IMG/VR virus record: IMGVR_UViG_3300034107_000557
Coordinates: 1 to 34,979 of that record
Direction: 5' to 3' (one strand)
DNA length: 34,979 nt
Source of the DNA: a virus
Taxonomy: Duplodnaviria; Caudoviricetes
Both the position numbers and the translations under genes were made by a program. Below, piece after piece: positions 15,965 through 24,531 of the stretch. Position 1 is the stretch's first letter. Every line of letters starts with the position of its first letter. The notes below the pieces were generated by a model, which made no database searches, was not told the DNA's origin, and was given only the letters and a program-made list of their open reading frames with translations.

Positions 15965-17095
15965 ATGCGTGTCTCGGCTTGTCAGTGCTGCGGGGAATCG
16001 ATCAATGCAGGGACTCGAGGGCCTGTCCCGATCAAGTGCGGGCCGTGTCTCGGGCGACGACGACCAGGCGGGCCGCCACTGCCGAAGAAGCCCAGGCTAA
16101 GGAAACCAACCAGGGAGCGGATTAGGAGCGACCAATTCACGTTCCTTCCAGGAAGAATCAAGTCGGAGTGCGGGCATTGCAGGAAGACGCTGTGGCTGTG
16201 CCCAGGAAAACACGCCAAGCACAGCCGTCATTTTTGCAGCAGGCATTGTCAATGGAGCGTAAGGAAGACGCCAGAGGAGCGGATCAGGAGTGATCGGTTT
16301 ACGTTCGTCCCTGGGAGGATTCAGTCGGAATGCGGGCACTGCGGGAAGACGCTGTGGATTGGACCGAAGGAACACGCGAGGAGCCCGAGCCACTTCTGTG
16401 GGAGAGAGTGCCGAGGTCTCGGATCACGCTACGCCGTCCCTCACCGATACGAGTGCGTCCGGTGTGGCAAGCAATGTTCAATGCAGGGGAATCCACGGCA
16501 GAAGATGAAGGGGCTCTACTGCTCACGGAAGTGCGCTGGGGCAACGCGAGGAGAAAAGAAGTCAGCAGAACACGCGGTTCTCCTTTCCTGGAAAGATCTT
16601 GGTTCGTGGTTCCATGCGTGGGGCCAGCAAGAGATCGATCCACGCGCCATAGCCCTGGAGCAAATGCTATTTCCTTCAGCCAAAAGGCTGCACCGGATCA
16701 GGCTTCTTCGGCAGTGTGCCGATTGCGGTGGCCCCAGGGGCAGCGAGAAACGTAGGTGCAGTCGTTGCCGATTGATCAGGAAGAAGAAGGTAGGCAGGGA
16801 AAACGGCAAGCTACGCACCCGATGCAAACGCTTTGGCGTCGAGTTCGATAGCAAGGTAACTAGGCTTGCCGTCTGCAATCGAGACGGATGGATCTGCGCC
16901 ATCTGTGGAGTCAAGACGATCAAGGCCACAAGCGCAAGCAACCCTCACCCGAGAGAAGCGACGTTGGACCACATCACTCCGCTCTCGCGGCGGACCAAAG
17001 GCAACACATGGGACAACGTCCAGTGTGCGTGCCGTCGCTGCAACTGCTACACGAAGCGAGACCGAGTAACTGTGTCCCAGAGGCGGATGTTCTAG
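15965..17095 (+). CDS. Large HNH endonuclease with Zn-binding repeats (homing-type)
   Basis: Multiple CxxC..FCS..C units; C-terminal RDGWIC.IC, TLDHITP, N.Q..C..CN. Confidence 0.8.
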   Translation: MRVSACQCCGESINAGTRGPVPIKCGPCLGRRRPGGPPLPKKPRLRKPTRERIRSDQFTFLPGRIKSECGHCRKTLWLCPGKHAKHSRHFCSRHCQWSVRKTPEERIRSDRFTFVPGRIQSECGHCGKTLWIGPKEHARSPSHFCGRECRGLGSRYAVPHRYECVRCGKQCSMQGNPRQKMKGLYCSRKCAGATRGEKKSAEHAVLLSWKDLGSWFHAWGQQEIDPRAIALEQMLFPSAKRLHRIRLLRQCADCGGPRGSEKRRCSRCRLIRKKKVGRENGKLRTRCKRFGVEFDSKVTRLAVCNRDGWICAICGVKTIKATSASNPHPREATLDHITPLSRRTKGNTWDNVQCACRRCNCYTKRDRVTVSQRRMF

Positions 17096-17205
17096 GCTTA
17101 CAAAAAAGCCAGGGTACCGTTCGGGAAACCCCTGAAAACAGCCCAAAACCCCAGGCCTTGCCTGCGTGTGCGTCCTGCGGGTTTTGAAAATCCTGGAGAG
17201 GTCAG

Positions 17206-17685
17206 ATGGGATCGCGTGGCCCTGCCCCAAAGCCGTCAAGTGAGCGTTCCGCGATCGGTCGGAACACCCTCCGCCGCAAGGTCCGCGCGCCAAAGCCGAC
17301 CGCGGTGGCGATGCCGGCAAGCGTGAAGGCCGACAGGGTGGCCGCCGGTTACTGGAAGGCCCACGCCCCGGCGCTGATCACCGCGCGCCGGTTGCGGCCC
17401 GACTTGGCGGAAGCCTTCGGCCTCTGCTGCCTGCTGAAATCCGAGATGGACGCCATGGCCGTCGAGCTCTCCACCCAGGAGCGGACGACCACGACGGAGA
17501 AGGGGGCCTACGCCAACCCTCTGGTCAAGATCCTGAGAGACACGAGGCGCGACTGGCTTGCCCTGGCGAGAGACTTCGGTATGACCGCTGCATCCGATGC
17601 CCGCATTCCGCAGGACGCCCCCGATGTCGAAGAGTCCAAAGAGGACGCCGCGCTCCGCCTCCTCACCGTCCCGAAGCGATCGTGA
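17206..17685 (+). CDS. terS: Terminase small subunit (P27-like)
   Basis: MG.RGP.PKP N-terminus, NPLV, FGMT...ARI; precedes the large subunit. Confidence 0.88.
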   Translation: MGSRGPAPKPSSERSAIGRNTLRRKVRAPKPTAVAMPASVKADRVAAGYWKAHAPALITARRLRPDLAEAFGLCCLLKSEMDAMAVELSTQERTTTTEKGAYANPLVKILRDTRRDWLALARDFGMTAASDARIPQDAPDVEESKEDAALRLLTVPKRS

Positions 17686-19243
17686 CCGGCCCGAGTGGGT
17701 CGAGGGCTACCACTTCGACGCCGCTGCCGCTGATCGCCCTTGCCAGTTCGTCGAGACGCTCTGCCGCGTCCCGTCTCGAGACGGTGGACCGGCCGAGCCC
17801 ATGCGGTTGATCGAGTGGCAGAGGGAGCGAGTCATCCGGCCCCTGTTCGGATGGAAACGGGAGGACGGTCGGCTCCGCTACCGCCGCGGGTGTGTCTTCG
17901 TCCCGAAGAAAAACGGGAAGAGTTTCCTGATGGCGGCGGTGGCCCAGTACATCCTCTGTGGTCATGCCCCGATCTCCGACGTTTACCTCGCCGCCGTCGA
18001 CCGGCTCCAGGCCCGAGAGATTTACCGGGTGGTCGCCAAGTTCATCAGCGCTTCCCCGCAGCTGTCGAAGCTCCTCGAGGTGATCGACTCAAAGTCCCTG
18101 ATCAGGAACCGCGATCACGGGAACGTCTTGCGGTGTTTGTCGGCCGACGCATACCGGAACGAAGGCTTGAACGGCAGCGTGATCATCGACGAGATCCACG
18201 CCCACAAGTCCGACCAACTGATCAGCGCCCTGACCTACGCCACGCGCGCCACACCCAACGGCGTGATCCTGGCAATCTCGACGGCTGGAGACAACCGGAA
18301 CAGCGTTGGCTACCAGTGGTGGCGGGACGCCGAGCTCGTCCTGGCCGACCCGAAGTCCAACCCGTCTTTCATGGGCGTGATCTACGCGGCCGACCCCGAG
18401 GATCCGCGAGGGTTCGGGGATCCCGCCGTGTGGCGCGAGGCCAACCCGTCGATGGGTGTGACGTTCCAAGAGGACGAGTTCGCGGCCGACTATCAGGACG
18501 CCTTGACCGATCCGCGGAAGATGGGCCGCTGGCTTCGGTATTCCTTGAATTGCTGGACGGAAAAGGACGCCCGCTGGTGGCACGGGGACGAGTTCACCAA
18601 ATGCCAAGCCGATCCGGTCGAGCCCCTCGAGGGCCGCTCCTGTTGGGTCGGGCTCGACCTGGCTGATCACGACGATCTGACGGCGGCGGTGTTTCTGTTC
18701 CGATCCGCCGACGGCAGCTTCGACGCCGAGCTCCTGGCGTGGGTTCCCGAGGAAGGGATGATCGAGCGAGAGAAGCGGGACAACGTCCCGTATTCCTCCT
18801 GGGTGCGGGATGGCTGGCTTCGCGTCACCGAGGGGAGCCGGATCGACCAGGAGCGAGTCCATTCCGACATCATGGCTTTCCTCGAGGGCCACGAGTGCCG
18901 CGGGGTCGGCGGTGATCCGTGGCACCTCGACTGGATCGCCACGCGGATGCAGGCCGACGGTCTCGAGGTCCACAAGGTCAGGCAGTCGATTGGCTACCTG
19001 ACCGGCCCCGCCAAGATGCTCGAAGACCTCGTGAAGACCGGCCGACTGCGCTACCGCTCCCCGATCATGTCCTGGGCATCGAACAACGTCTGTATTTGGG
19101 AGGACATGAACGGCAACATCCGCCCCGACAAGGCGAAGTCTTCCGAGAAGGTCGACCCGATCTTCGCCCTGATCAACGCCCTCGCCCTGGCCTCCACCGA
19201 CGCCGAGCCCGAGTCCTCCGGATTCTCCCTGGTCTCCCTGTAA
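17597..19243 (+). CDS. terL: Terminase large subunit (start may be 17624)
   Basis: Walker A PKKNGKS, Walker B IIDEIH, ISTAG, ANPS, GLDLA, KVDP nuclease motifs. Confidence 0.95.
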   Translation: MPAFRRTPPMSKSPKRTPRSASSPSRSDRDRPEWVEGYHFDAAAADRPCQFVETLCRVPSRDGGPAEPMRLIEWQRERVIRPLFGWKREDGRLRYRRGCVFVPKKNGKSFLMAAVAQYILCGHAPISDVYLAAVDRLQAREIYRVVAKFISASPQLSKLLEVIDSKSLIRNRDHGNVLRCLSADAYRNEGLNGSVIIDEIHAHKSDQLISALTYATRATPNGVILAISTAGDNRNSVGYQWWRDAELVLADPKSNPSFMGVIYAADPEDPRGFGDPAVWREANPSMGVTFQEDEFAADYQDALTDPRKMGRWLRYSLNCWTEKDARWWHGDEFTKCQADPVEPLEGRSCWVGLDLADHDDLTAAVFLFRSADGSFDAELLAWVPEEGMIEREKRDNVPYSSWVRDGWLRVTEGSRIDQERVHSDIMAFLEGHECRGVGGDPWHLDWIATRMQADGLEVHKVRQSIGYLTGPAKMLEDLVKTGRLRYRSPIMSWASNNVCIWEDMNGNIRPDKAKSSEKVDPIFALINALALASTDAEPESSGFSLVSL

Positions 19244-19279
19244 CTTCACCGCCACGGGCCCGCCCTGTCCCATGCTGCC

Positions 19280-20701
19280 ATGGGACTATTCGACCTCATT
19301 CCGTTCGCGCGATCCCGGCCCCAGCCCACGCCCCCGGCGGTGGAGCTCCGCGGTCTGTCCGATGGCTCCGGGCCTTGGTCGGCGTGGATCTCGCCCGACG
19401 CGGTGACGCCCGAGGTTGCCGTGAGGACCACGGCAATTCTGTCGTGTGTGCGGTTCCTGAGTCAGGCCGTGGCGTCGATGCCGCCGCGGGTGATCCGCAC
19501 CACGCCCGACGGGCGGAAGTCTGCGGCCGTCGACCTCCCCTGCTATTCCGTTCTCACCGACCGGCCCAACTCGACACAGTCGCTCTACGAATGGATTGAA
19601 TCGACGATCTACCACACGGCCTTGTGGGGCAACGGGTACTCCCGGATCGTCCCCGGTGTCGACGGTGGCTTCTGCTCCGCCCTCGAGCTCCTCCACCCGA
19701 GCCGGATGGATCCGCGGCGGATGTCCGACGGGAGCATCGGTTACCGCTACCTGTATCCCAACGGCTCAGGCCCGCAGGGCCAGACCGGCTGGGTTCCGTT
19801 CAGCCAGGACGAGATCCTCCACGTTCGATGGATCTCCGACAACGGGATTAAGGGCCTCGTTCCCTCGACCTTGTGCAACACGAGCGTGGCCCTGGCGAGA
19901 GAGTTAGACATCGCGGCCCGGGCATTTTGGAGCAACGGCGCGCGTCCCGACGTTGTGATCGAGACCGAGGAGAGCCTGAACCAGCCGGCCATCGACGCAT
20001 TCCGCGCCCAGTGGCGGGAGATCTACGGCGGCTCGAGGAACCGCGGCGGGGCCGCGATCCTGCCAAAGAAGGCCCAACTCAAGACGATCGAATCAAACAG
20101 CAACGAAGCCTCCGAGTTCAGCCAACTTCGGCGGGATGTCACCGCGGAGTGTGCCACGATCTACGGCGTTCCCGGATCGCTGGTCGGCGTCCGCGAGGCG
20201 ATGAAATACGCCACCACCGAGCAAGAGCATCTGTCGGCCCAGGTGTGGTGCCTGACCCCCTGGGAGATGCGTCTCGAGGGAGCGGTCAACCGGACCATCC
20301 TTTCCCCGGTGGTCAGCGGCCCGCAGTACGCCGGCTGCAAATACCGCGTCGACAATCGCGGTCTGCTTCGCGGTGACAGCGCCGCCCGCGGGGCCCTGTA
20401 TGACGTCCTCGCCAAGTGGGGCGCGATGACCCCGGCGGAGATGCGTGACCTCGAGGACTTCCCCGAGCTCGACGAACCCGCCGCCAAGGAAACCTACATC
20501 CAGAGCGGCTTCGTCCCGCTCCGTGAGGCGGCCGACTCCTCGCTCTCCGAGGCCCAGGTCTCCAGCCTCCTGGCCGTCCTGGCCGCCGTCTCCGCGGGGA
20601 CGCTGGCCGCCCCTGCGGCCGAGGCCGTCATCGCCGCGGCCTACCCGACCCTGTCCGATTCCGCGGCCACCATTGTCGCCGGCGCAAGGGGGACCACATG
20701 A
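19280..20701 (+). CDS. HK97-family portal protein
   Basis: PNSTQS, GNGY, EILHVR, NGARP, YGVP, MTPAE.R..E motifs; follows terL. Confidence 0.93.
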   Translation: MGLFDLIPFARSRPQPTPPAVELRGLSDGSGPWSAWISPDAVTPEVAVRTTAILSCVRFLSQAVASMPPRVIRTTPDGRKSAAVDLPCYSVLTDRPNSTQSLYEWIESTIYHTALWGNGYSRIVPGVDGGFCSALELLHPSRMDPRRMSDGSIGYRYLYPNGSGPQGQTGWVPFSQDEILHVRWISDNGIKGLVPSTLCNTSVALARELDIAARAFWSNGARPDVVIETEESLNQPAIDAFRAQWREIYGGSRNRGGAAILPKKAQLKTIESNSNEASEFSQLRRDVTAECATIYGVPGSLVGVREAMKYATTEQEHLSAQVWCLTPWEMRLEGAVNRTILSPVVSGPQYAGCKYRVDNRGLLRGDSAARGALYDVLAKWGAMTPAEMRDLEDFPELDEPAAKETYIQSGFVPLREAADSSLSEAQVSSLLAVLAAVSAGTLAAPAAEAVIAAAYPTLSDSAATIVAGARGTT

Positions 20702-21432
20702 GCATCGAATACCGGACGCATGACGCCGACGGTGACGAGATCGAGACGCGGTTCCTCGTGGCAGACCTCGCCCCGGTCGGCGTGGAAGAGCGCGAGGACG
20801 GCCCGCCGACGATCTCCGGCATGGCCCCCCCGTGGGATTCCTGGTCCGAGGATCTCGGCTTCCGGGAGAAGTTCGACCGCGGGGCCTTCGCTGATGTCCT
20901 CAAGAGCCGATCGCTCGATGTCGTCCTGGCGTGGAATCACGACGAGTCCTTCCCCCTCGGACGGACGAAAAACAAGACGCTCGACCTGGCCGAAGGGGAC
21001 AAGGGGCTCGACTACCGAGGCCGACCGCCCCAGCCCTCGGGCCGTGTCGACGAGTACCTGACCCTGATCCGGGGCGGATACGTCGCCGGTTCTTCGTTCG
21101 CCTTCACGGTCAAAGCCGACCCGAAGCACGAATCGTGGGCCACCGACGAGCGTGGCAACATCACCCGCACCATCCACCGCGTGTCGGGCCTCTACGACGT
21201 TTCCGTGGTGACTCGCCCGGCCTACCCCCGGTCCACCGTCGCCCTCCGTCGGCGTGACCTGTTCGCGGCCTCGAACCTCACCGAGGCCGAGCGCCGGCAG
21301 ATCGTCGAGCGTGAGGCCGACGACCAGGCCGACGCGATCCGCAAGGCCGCCGCCGATCGGAAGAAGCTCGACGCGCTGATCGGGGCCCGAGCGGCCACCG
21401 CCCTCGCGAGGATGAAAGCCAATGGCCTCTGA
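20698..21432 (+). CDS. HK97-family prohead protease
   Basis: FRE....GAF, NHD, LGRT, G.SF.F, L.DVSVVT.PAY motifs. Confidence 0.92.
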   Translation: MSIEYRTHDADGDEIETRFLVADLAPVGVEEREDGPPTISGMAPPWDSWSEDLGFREKFDRGAFADVLKSRSLDVVLAWNHDESFPLGRTKNKTLDLAEGDKGLDYRGRPPQPSGRVDEYLTLIRGGYVAGSSFAFTVKADPKHESWATDERGNITRTIHRVSGLYDVSVVTRPAYPRSTVALRRRDLFAASNLTEAERRQIVEREADDQADAIRKAAADRKKLDALIGARAATALARMKANGL

Positions 21433-21577
21433 CCATCGCTGCCGCTGCGGTGAACGGATGAAGATCCGCACATCGAAGCGGAGCGGGGATTCCGCGGTCC
21501 AGTATCTGCGATGCACCTGCGGGGCAGCTGCCCGCGTGGCTGTTCCGGCCCGAGACATCTGGAGACGCAAGAGATGA
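21422..21577 (+). CDS. 51-aa Zn-ribbon protein, Ogr/Delta-like (not in ORF track)
   Basis: MASDHRCRCGERMKIRTSKRSGDSAVQYLRCTCG...; overlaps both neighbours. Confidence 0.6.
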   Translation: MASDHRCRCGERMKIRTSKRSGDSAVQYLRCTCGAAARVAVPARDIWRRKR

Positions 21578-21933
21578 ACCCGGAACAGAAGCTCACCGCC
21601 GCCTGCCTGGCCTTCGTCGCAAGCGCCCGGCTGAAGGCCGCCAACGGTCTGACCGTGGCGGAGTTCGGCTTCCTCGTCGTCGAGCTCCTCCGCCTGGCCG
21701 TGACCGGCCTCGAGGAGATCCCGGCCGATGGCCCGGCAAAGAAGGCCTGGGCCCTCGGTGTGATCGGCAACCTGTTCGACGCCGTTGCTGGCTTCGCGGT
21801 CCCGATCTACCTCCAGCCGTTCTGGATCCTGGCCCGGCCTGCGGTTCGGGCCCTGGTGCTGGCCGCTGCTGGCGGGGCGCTCGAGCAGATCCTGACGCTC
21901 ACCCGCGCCGCCGCCCCGGAGCCCGTCGCATGA
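21574..21933 (+). CDS. Hydrophobic hypothetical protein
   Basis: ATGA coupling on both sides; amphipathic helices. Confidence 0.7.
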   Translation: MNPEQKLTAACLAFVASARLKAANGLTVAEFGFLVVELLRLAVTGLEEIPADGPAKKAWALGVIGNLFDAVAGFAVPIYLQPFWILARPAVRALVLAAAGGALEQILTLTRAAAPEPVA

Positions 21934-22547
21934 CGACCGCCCTCGTCCTCGCCGCCGCTGCGGTGGCCTACCTTCTCTGCACCCGCCCAGCGGTCGCGCC
22001 CGCGCTGCCGCAACTGCCGCCACTCTCGCCCATCATTCCGCCCGGCATCATGCCGTTGGGGATGCCAGGGGCAGCGGCAGGAGGCGGCGGCCCGCACCCG
22101 CTCACGCTCCTGGCGATCCTCGCCGCCGGCGCGATGATCGCGTTCTCGATTCGGGAAAATGGAACGCCGCCCCCCGCCCCCGGCCCCGCGCCGGTCGTCG
22201 GGCTCGATCTCCGGGGACGATTCGTCGGGCCGGATGCCGCCGCCGACGCCGCGACCACTGCCGCCCTCCTCGAGGAGTTGGCCGGGCAGATCGAATGGGA
22301 TGGCCAGCAGGCGGAGCCGCGACTCCGCACCGGGGCAGCGTTTGACGATCTGCGCCGCGCCGCTCGGGAGTTGCGATGCCGTGGCGTCTCGCTCGGGGCT
22401 CGGCAGCCCGCCGTCCGTGATGCGATCAAAGCCTTCCTCGACGCCCAGGTTGGGACCGATGGCGGGCCGGTGGACGCCGGGAAGCGGGCCGGCTGGGTCG
22501 CTGCGTTTCGCTCCGTCGCCCAGGCCGCGGCGGAGGCCAGCCGATGA
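21930..22547 (+). CDS. Membrane-anchored hypothetical protein
   Basis: Two hydrophobic segments separated by Pro-rich linkers, then a helical domain. Confidence 0.7.
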   Translation: MTTALVLAAAAVAYLLCTRPAVAPALPQLPPLSPIIPPGIMPLGMPGAAAGGGGPHPLTLLAILAAGAMIAFSIRENGTPPPAPGPAPVVGLDLRGRFVGPDAAADAATTAALLEELAGQIEWDGQQAEPRLRTGAAFDDLRRAARELRCRGVSLGARQPAVRDAIKAFLDAQVGTDGGPVDAGKRAGWVAAFRSVAQAAAEASR

Positions 22548-23683
22548 CGCAACGGAAGCAGATCTGGACGATGTCCGCGGTCGGCTTCGTGATCGTCGCC
22601 GCCATGCTGGGGGCGCTCGTCGAGCGTCTCACGCACCGTGTCGCCGCGCGCGTCGAGGCCCGGTTCGGCTGGCAAGCCGACATCATCGGGGCAGATGAGT
22701 TTGTTTCCGCGATGGGCCGCGAGGGCGTGTTCTCTTCCGCGGCCCCCGATGCGATGGCGGTGCCGATCGGCCAAGACGTTTTTCTCTGGCGCGCGGCCGA
22801 CAAGGCCAGCCGCAAGCGCTACGGCAAGCCCTTCTCCGTCAGCAATCAAGCCTCCGTCGGCTCATGTGTCGCGCATGGTGCCCAGCACGCGATTTTCCTT
22901 GCAGAGGCCGCCGCATGGGACGCAGGACTCCGGGCCGATGTTCCGCTCCGCCCCTCGACGCCCTCGATCTATGGCGGTTCCCGCGTCGAGGCCAGGGGCA
23001 GGCCCGGAGACGGGCGGCAACCCTACGGCGGATTCTCGGACGGCAGCACTGGATTCCACGCCGCGAAGTGGGTGAGGGACTGGGGCATCGTCTATCAGAG
23101 GCCCTATCCCGATTTTGGCTTCGACTTGACGAATGCGCAGGGGCTCGAGAAGGAATGGGGCGCGTACGGCAACGGCGGCCGGGATGACGAGGGCCGATTC
23201 GACGCCGAGGCAAAGAAGCACCCCATCCAGAAGGTGGCCCGAGTTACCACCTGGACAGAATTGGTCCAGGCGATGTCCTCCGGGCTGCCGGTGACGATTG
23301 CCAGCAACGTCGGATTCCAGGCGAGCGCCCGCGATGCCGACGGCTTCATCGCCGCCAATGGCACTTGGCCCCACCAGATGTGCATCGGCGGGCTCAGGTG
23401 GGCGAAGAACGCACCGCCCGGCACGAAGCAACCGCGGGACGGTGTCCTCGTGTTGAACAGCTGGGGGGAATCGTGGCCGCCGCAAGCCGGCGGCACGTTC
23501 CCGGCCGATCAGCCTGCCGGCACGTTCTGGATCACGCAGGCCGACGCCGAGCGAGTCCTTGCCGCTGGCGATTCGTGGGCCTATTCCACAACCGCCAATT
23601 GGGAGCCGGTGCCGATCGATCACGGCCAGTGGTTCCAGCCCGCACCAGAGGCCGTCGCCAATACCTACTCCCTCGCTCCCTGA
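22544..23683 (+). CDS. Membrane-anchored papain-like (C1-type) cysteine peptidase
   Basis: N-terminal TM; NQ..VGSCVAH (oxyanion Gln, catalytic Cys), HQMCIGG (His), LNSWG (Asn), G.FWI. Confidence 0.85.
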   Translation: MTQRKQIWTMSAVGFVIVAAMLGALVERLTHRVAARVEARFGWQADIIGADEFVSAMGREGVFSSAAPDAMAVPIGQDVFLWRAADKASRKRYGKPFSVSNQASVGSCVAHGAQHAIFLAEAAAWDAGLRADVPLRPSTPSIYGGSRVEARGRPGDGRQPYGGFSDGSTGFHAAKWVRDWGIVYQRPYPDFGFDLTNAQGLEKEWGAYGNGGRDDEGRFDAEAKKHPIQKVARVTTWTELVQAMSSGLPVTIASNVGFQASARDADGFIAANGTWPHQMCIGGLRWAKNAPPGTKQPRDGVLVLNSWGESWPPQAGGTFPADQPAGTFWITQADAERVLAAGDSWAYSTTANWEPVPIDHGQWFQPAPEAVANTYSLAP

Positions 23684-23690
23684 GGCCGCC

Positions 23691-23963
23691 ATGATCGTCG
23701 ACCGCAAGCTCGTCTCCACCGTCCTCGTCGCCCTGGCCCTCGGCTGGTGGCTCGGCTCCAGCCCGTCGTCACCGATCAACCCGACGCCGCAACGGCCGGT
23801 CCTCGCCGCCGTCGGCCGGCTGGCCCGGATCGCCGCCCGGCTCGGCTTGTGGGCCGCGATGGCCGCCGAGCCGCCGCCGCAGGCCGACGGCCGGCAGTTG
23901 GTTCACGCGCCGTCGGTTGATGCCGACGGGCATCGGGTGGTTGACCACGGGGAGGGCTGGTGA
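23691..23963 (+). CDS. Small membrane protein
   Basis: N-terminal TM (VLVALALGWWL) and a second amphipathic helix. Confidence 0.65.
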   Translation: MIVDRKLVSTVLVALALGWWLGSSPSSPINPTPQRPVLAAVGRLARIAARLGLWAAMAAEPPPQADGRQLVHAPSVDADGHRVVDHGEGW

Positions 23964-24181
23964 TGGACACGACAGCCGTTTTCTTGGTTCTGTTCGCTAC
24001 GGCCTACGCGGTCTTTGGATGGGGGCTTTCCCATTGGGGCTCTGACCGTGTTGAAGTGCTCACCGCTGTGATCGCTGGCGGATTCGCAACGGCCACCCTC
24101 ACGGTTTTGGGTCTCGTCTTTGCGGCGCTGAACGTGTGCTCGTGGCTCTGGCAGCACGTTCGTTTAGAGGTGACGTTATGA
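23960..24181 (+). CDS. Two-TM small membrane protein (holin-like topology)
   Basis: 73 aa, two long hydrophobic stretches, GTGATG dual start. Confidence 0.5.
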   Translation: MMDTTAVFLVLFATAYAVFGWGLSHWGSDRVEVLTAVIAGGFATATLTVLGLVFAALNVCSWLWQHVRLEVTL

Positions 24182-24435
24182 CCCTCTACCGCTCCCTCCT
24201 CGCCCTGTTGGCCAGCCTCTCCGCCGATCCGCAAGAGATCGACCGCGAGCCGCCGCGCGCCGCCGCGGCCGTCGCCGCGGCGTATGCTTCGCTCGCCCCG
24301 GAAACGGCACCGACGCCGCCCCCGGCACCGGCGAAGTGTGGGTGCGGCGGGAAGTGCCAGGGCGGCATCTATCGGCCCGACGGCCGGATCGAAATGCGAT
24401 GTGAGAAGGACTGCCCCTGCGGCTGTCGGAAGTAA
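24178..24435 (+). CDS. Small exported Cys-rich protein
   Basis: Hydrophobic N-terminus, Pro linker, CGCGGKC...DG....C..DCPCGC. Confidence 0.65.
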   Translation: MTLYRSLLALLASLSADPQEIDREPPRAAAAVAAAYASLAPETAPTPPPAPAKCGCGGKCQGGIYRPDGRIEMRCEKDCPCGCRK

Positions 24436-24531
24436 GACGGTTGTACGTTACCACCGAAACTTCACCGGCATCGGCTTCTCCGTGATCGTGCGTCATCGTC
24501 GACACCGCACACCGCCCCACGGAGATCCCCG

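Noticed and set aside
17096-17205. Exact cos site
   Set aside because: The position is plausible, but no sequence can be assigned without read-end data
17740-22023. Long antisense and alternative-frame ORFs (e.g. 18089-19273, 20641-22023)
   Set aside because: Shadow ORFs expected in high-GC DNA opposite well-supported genes
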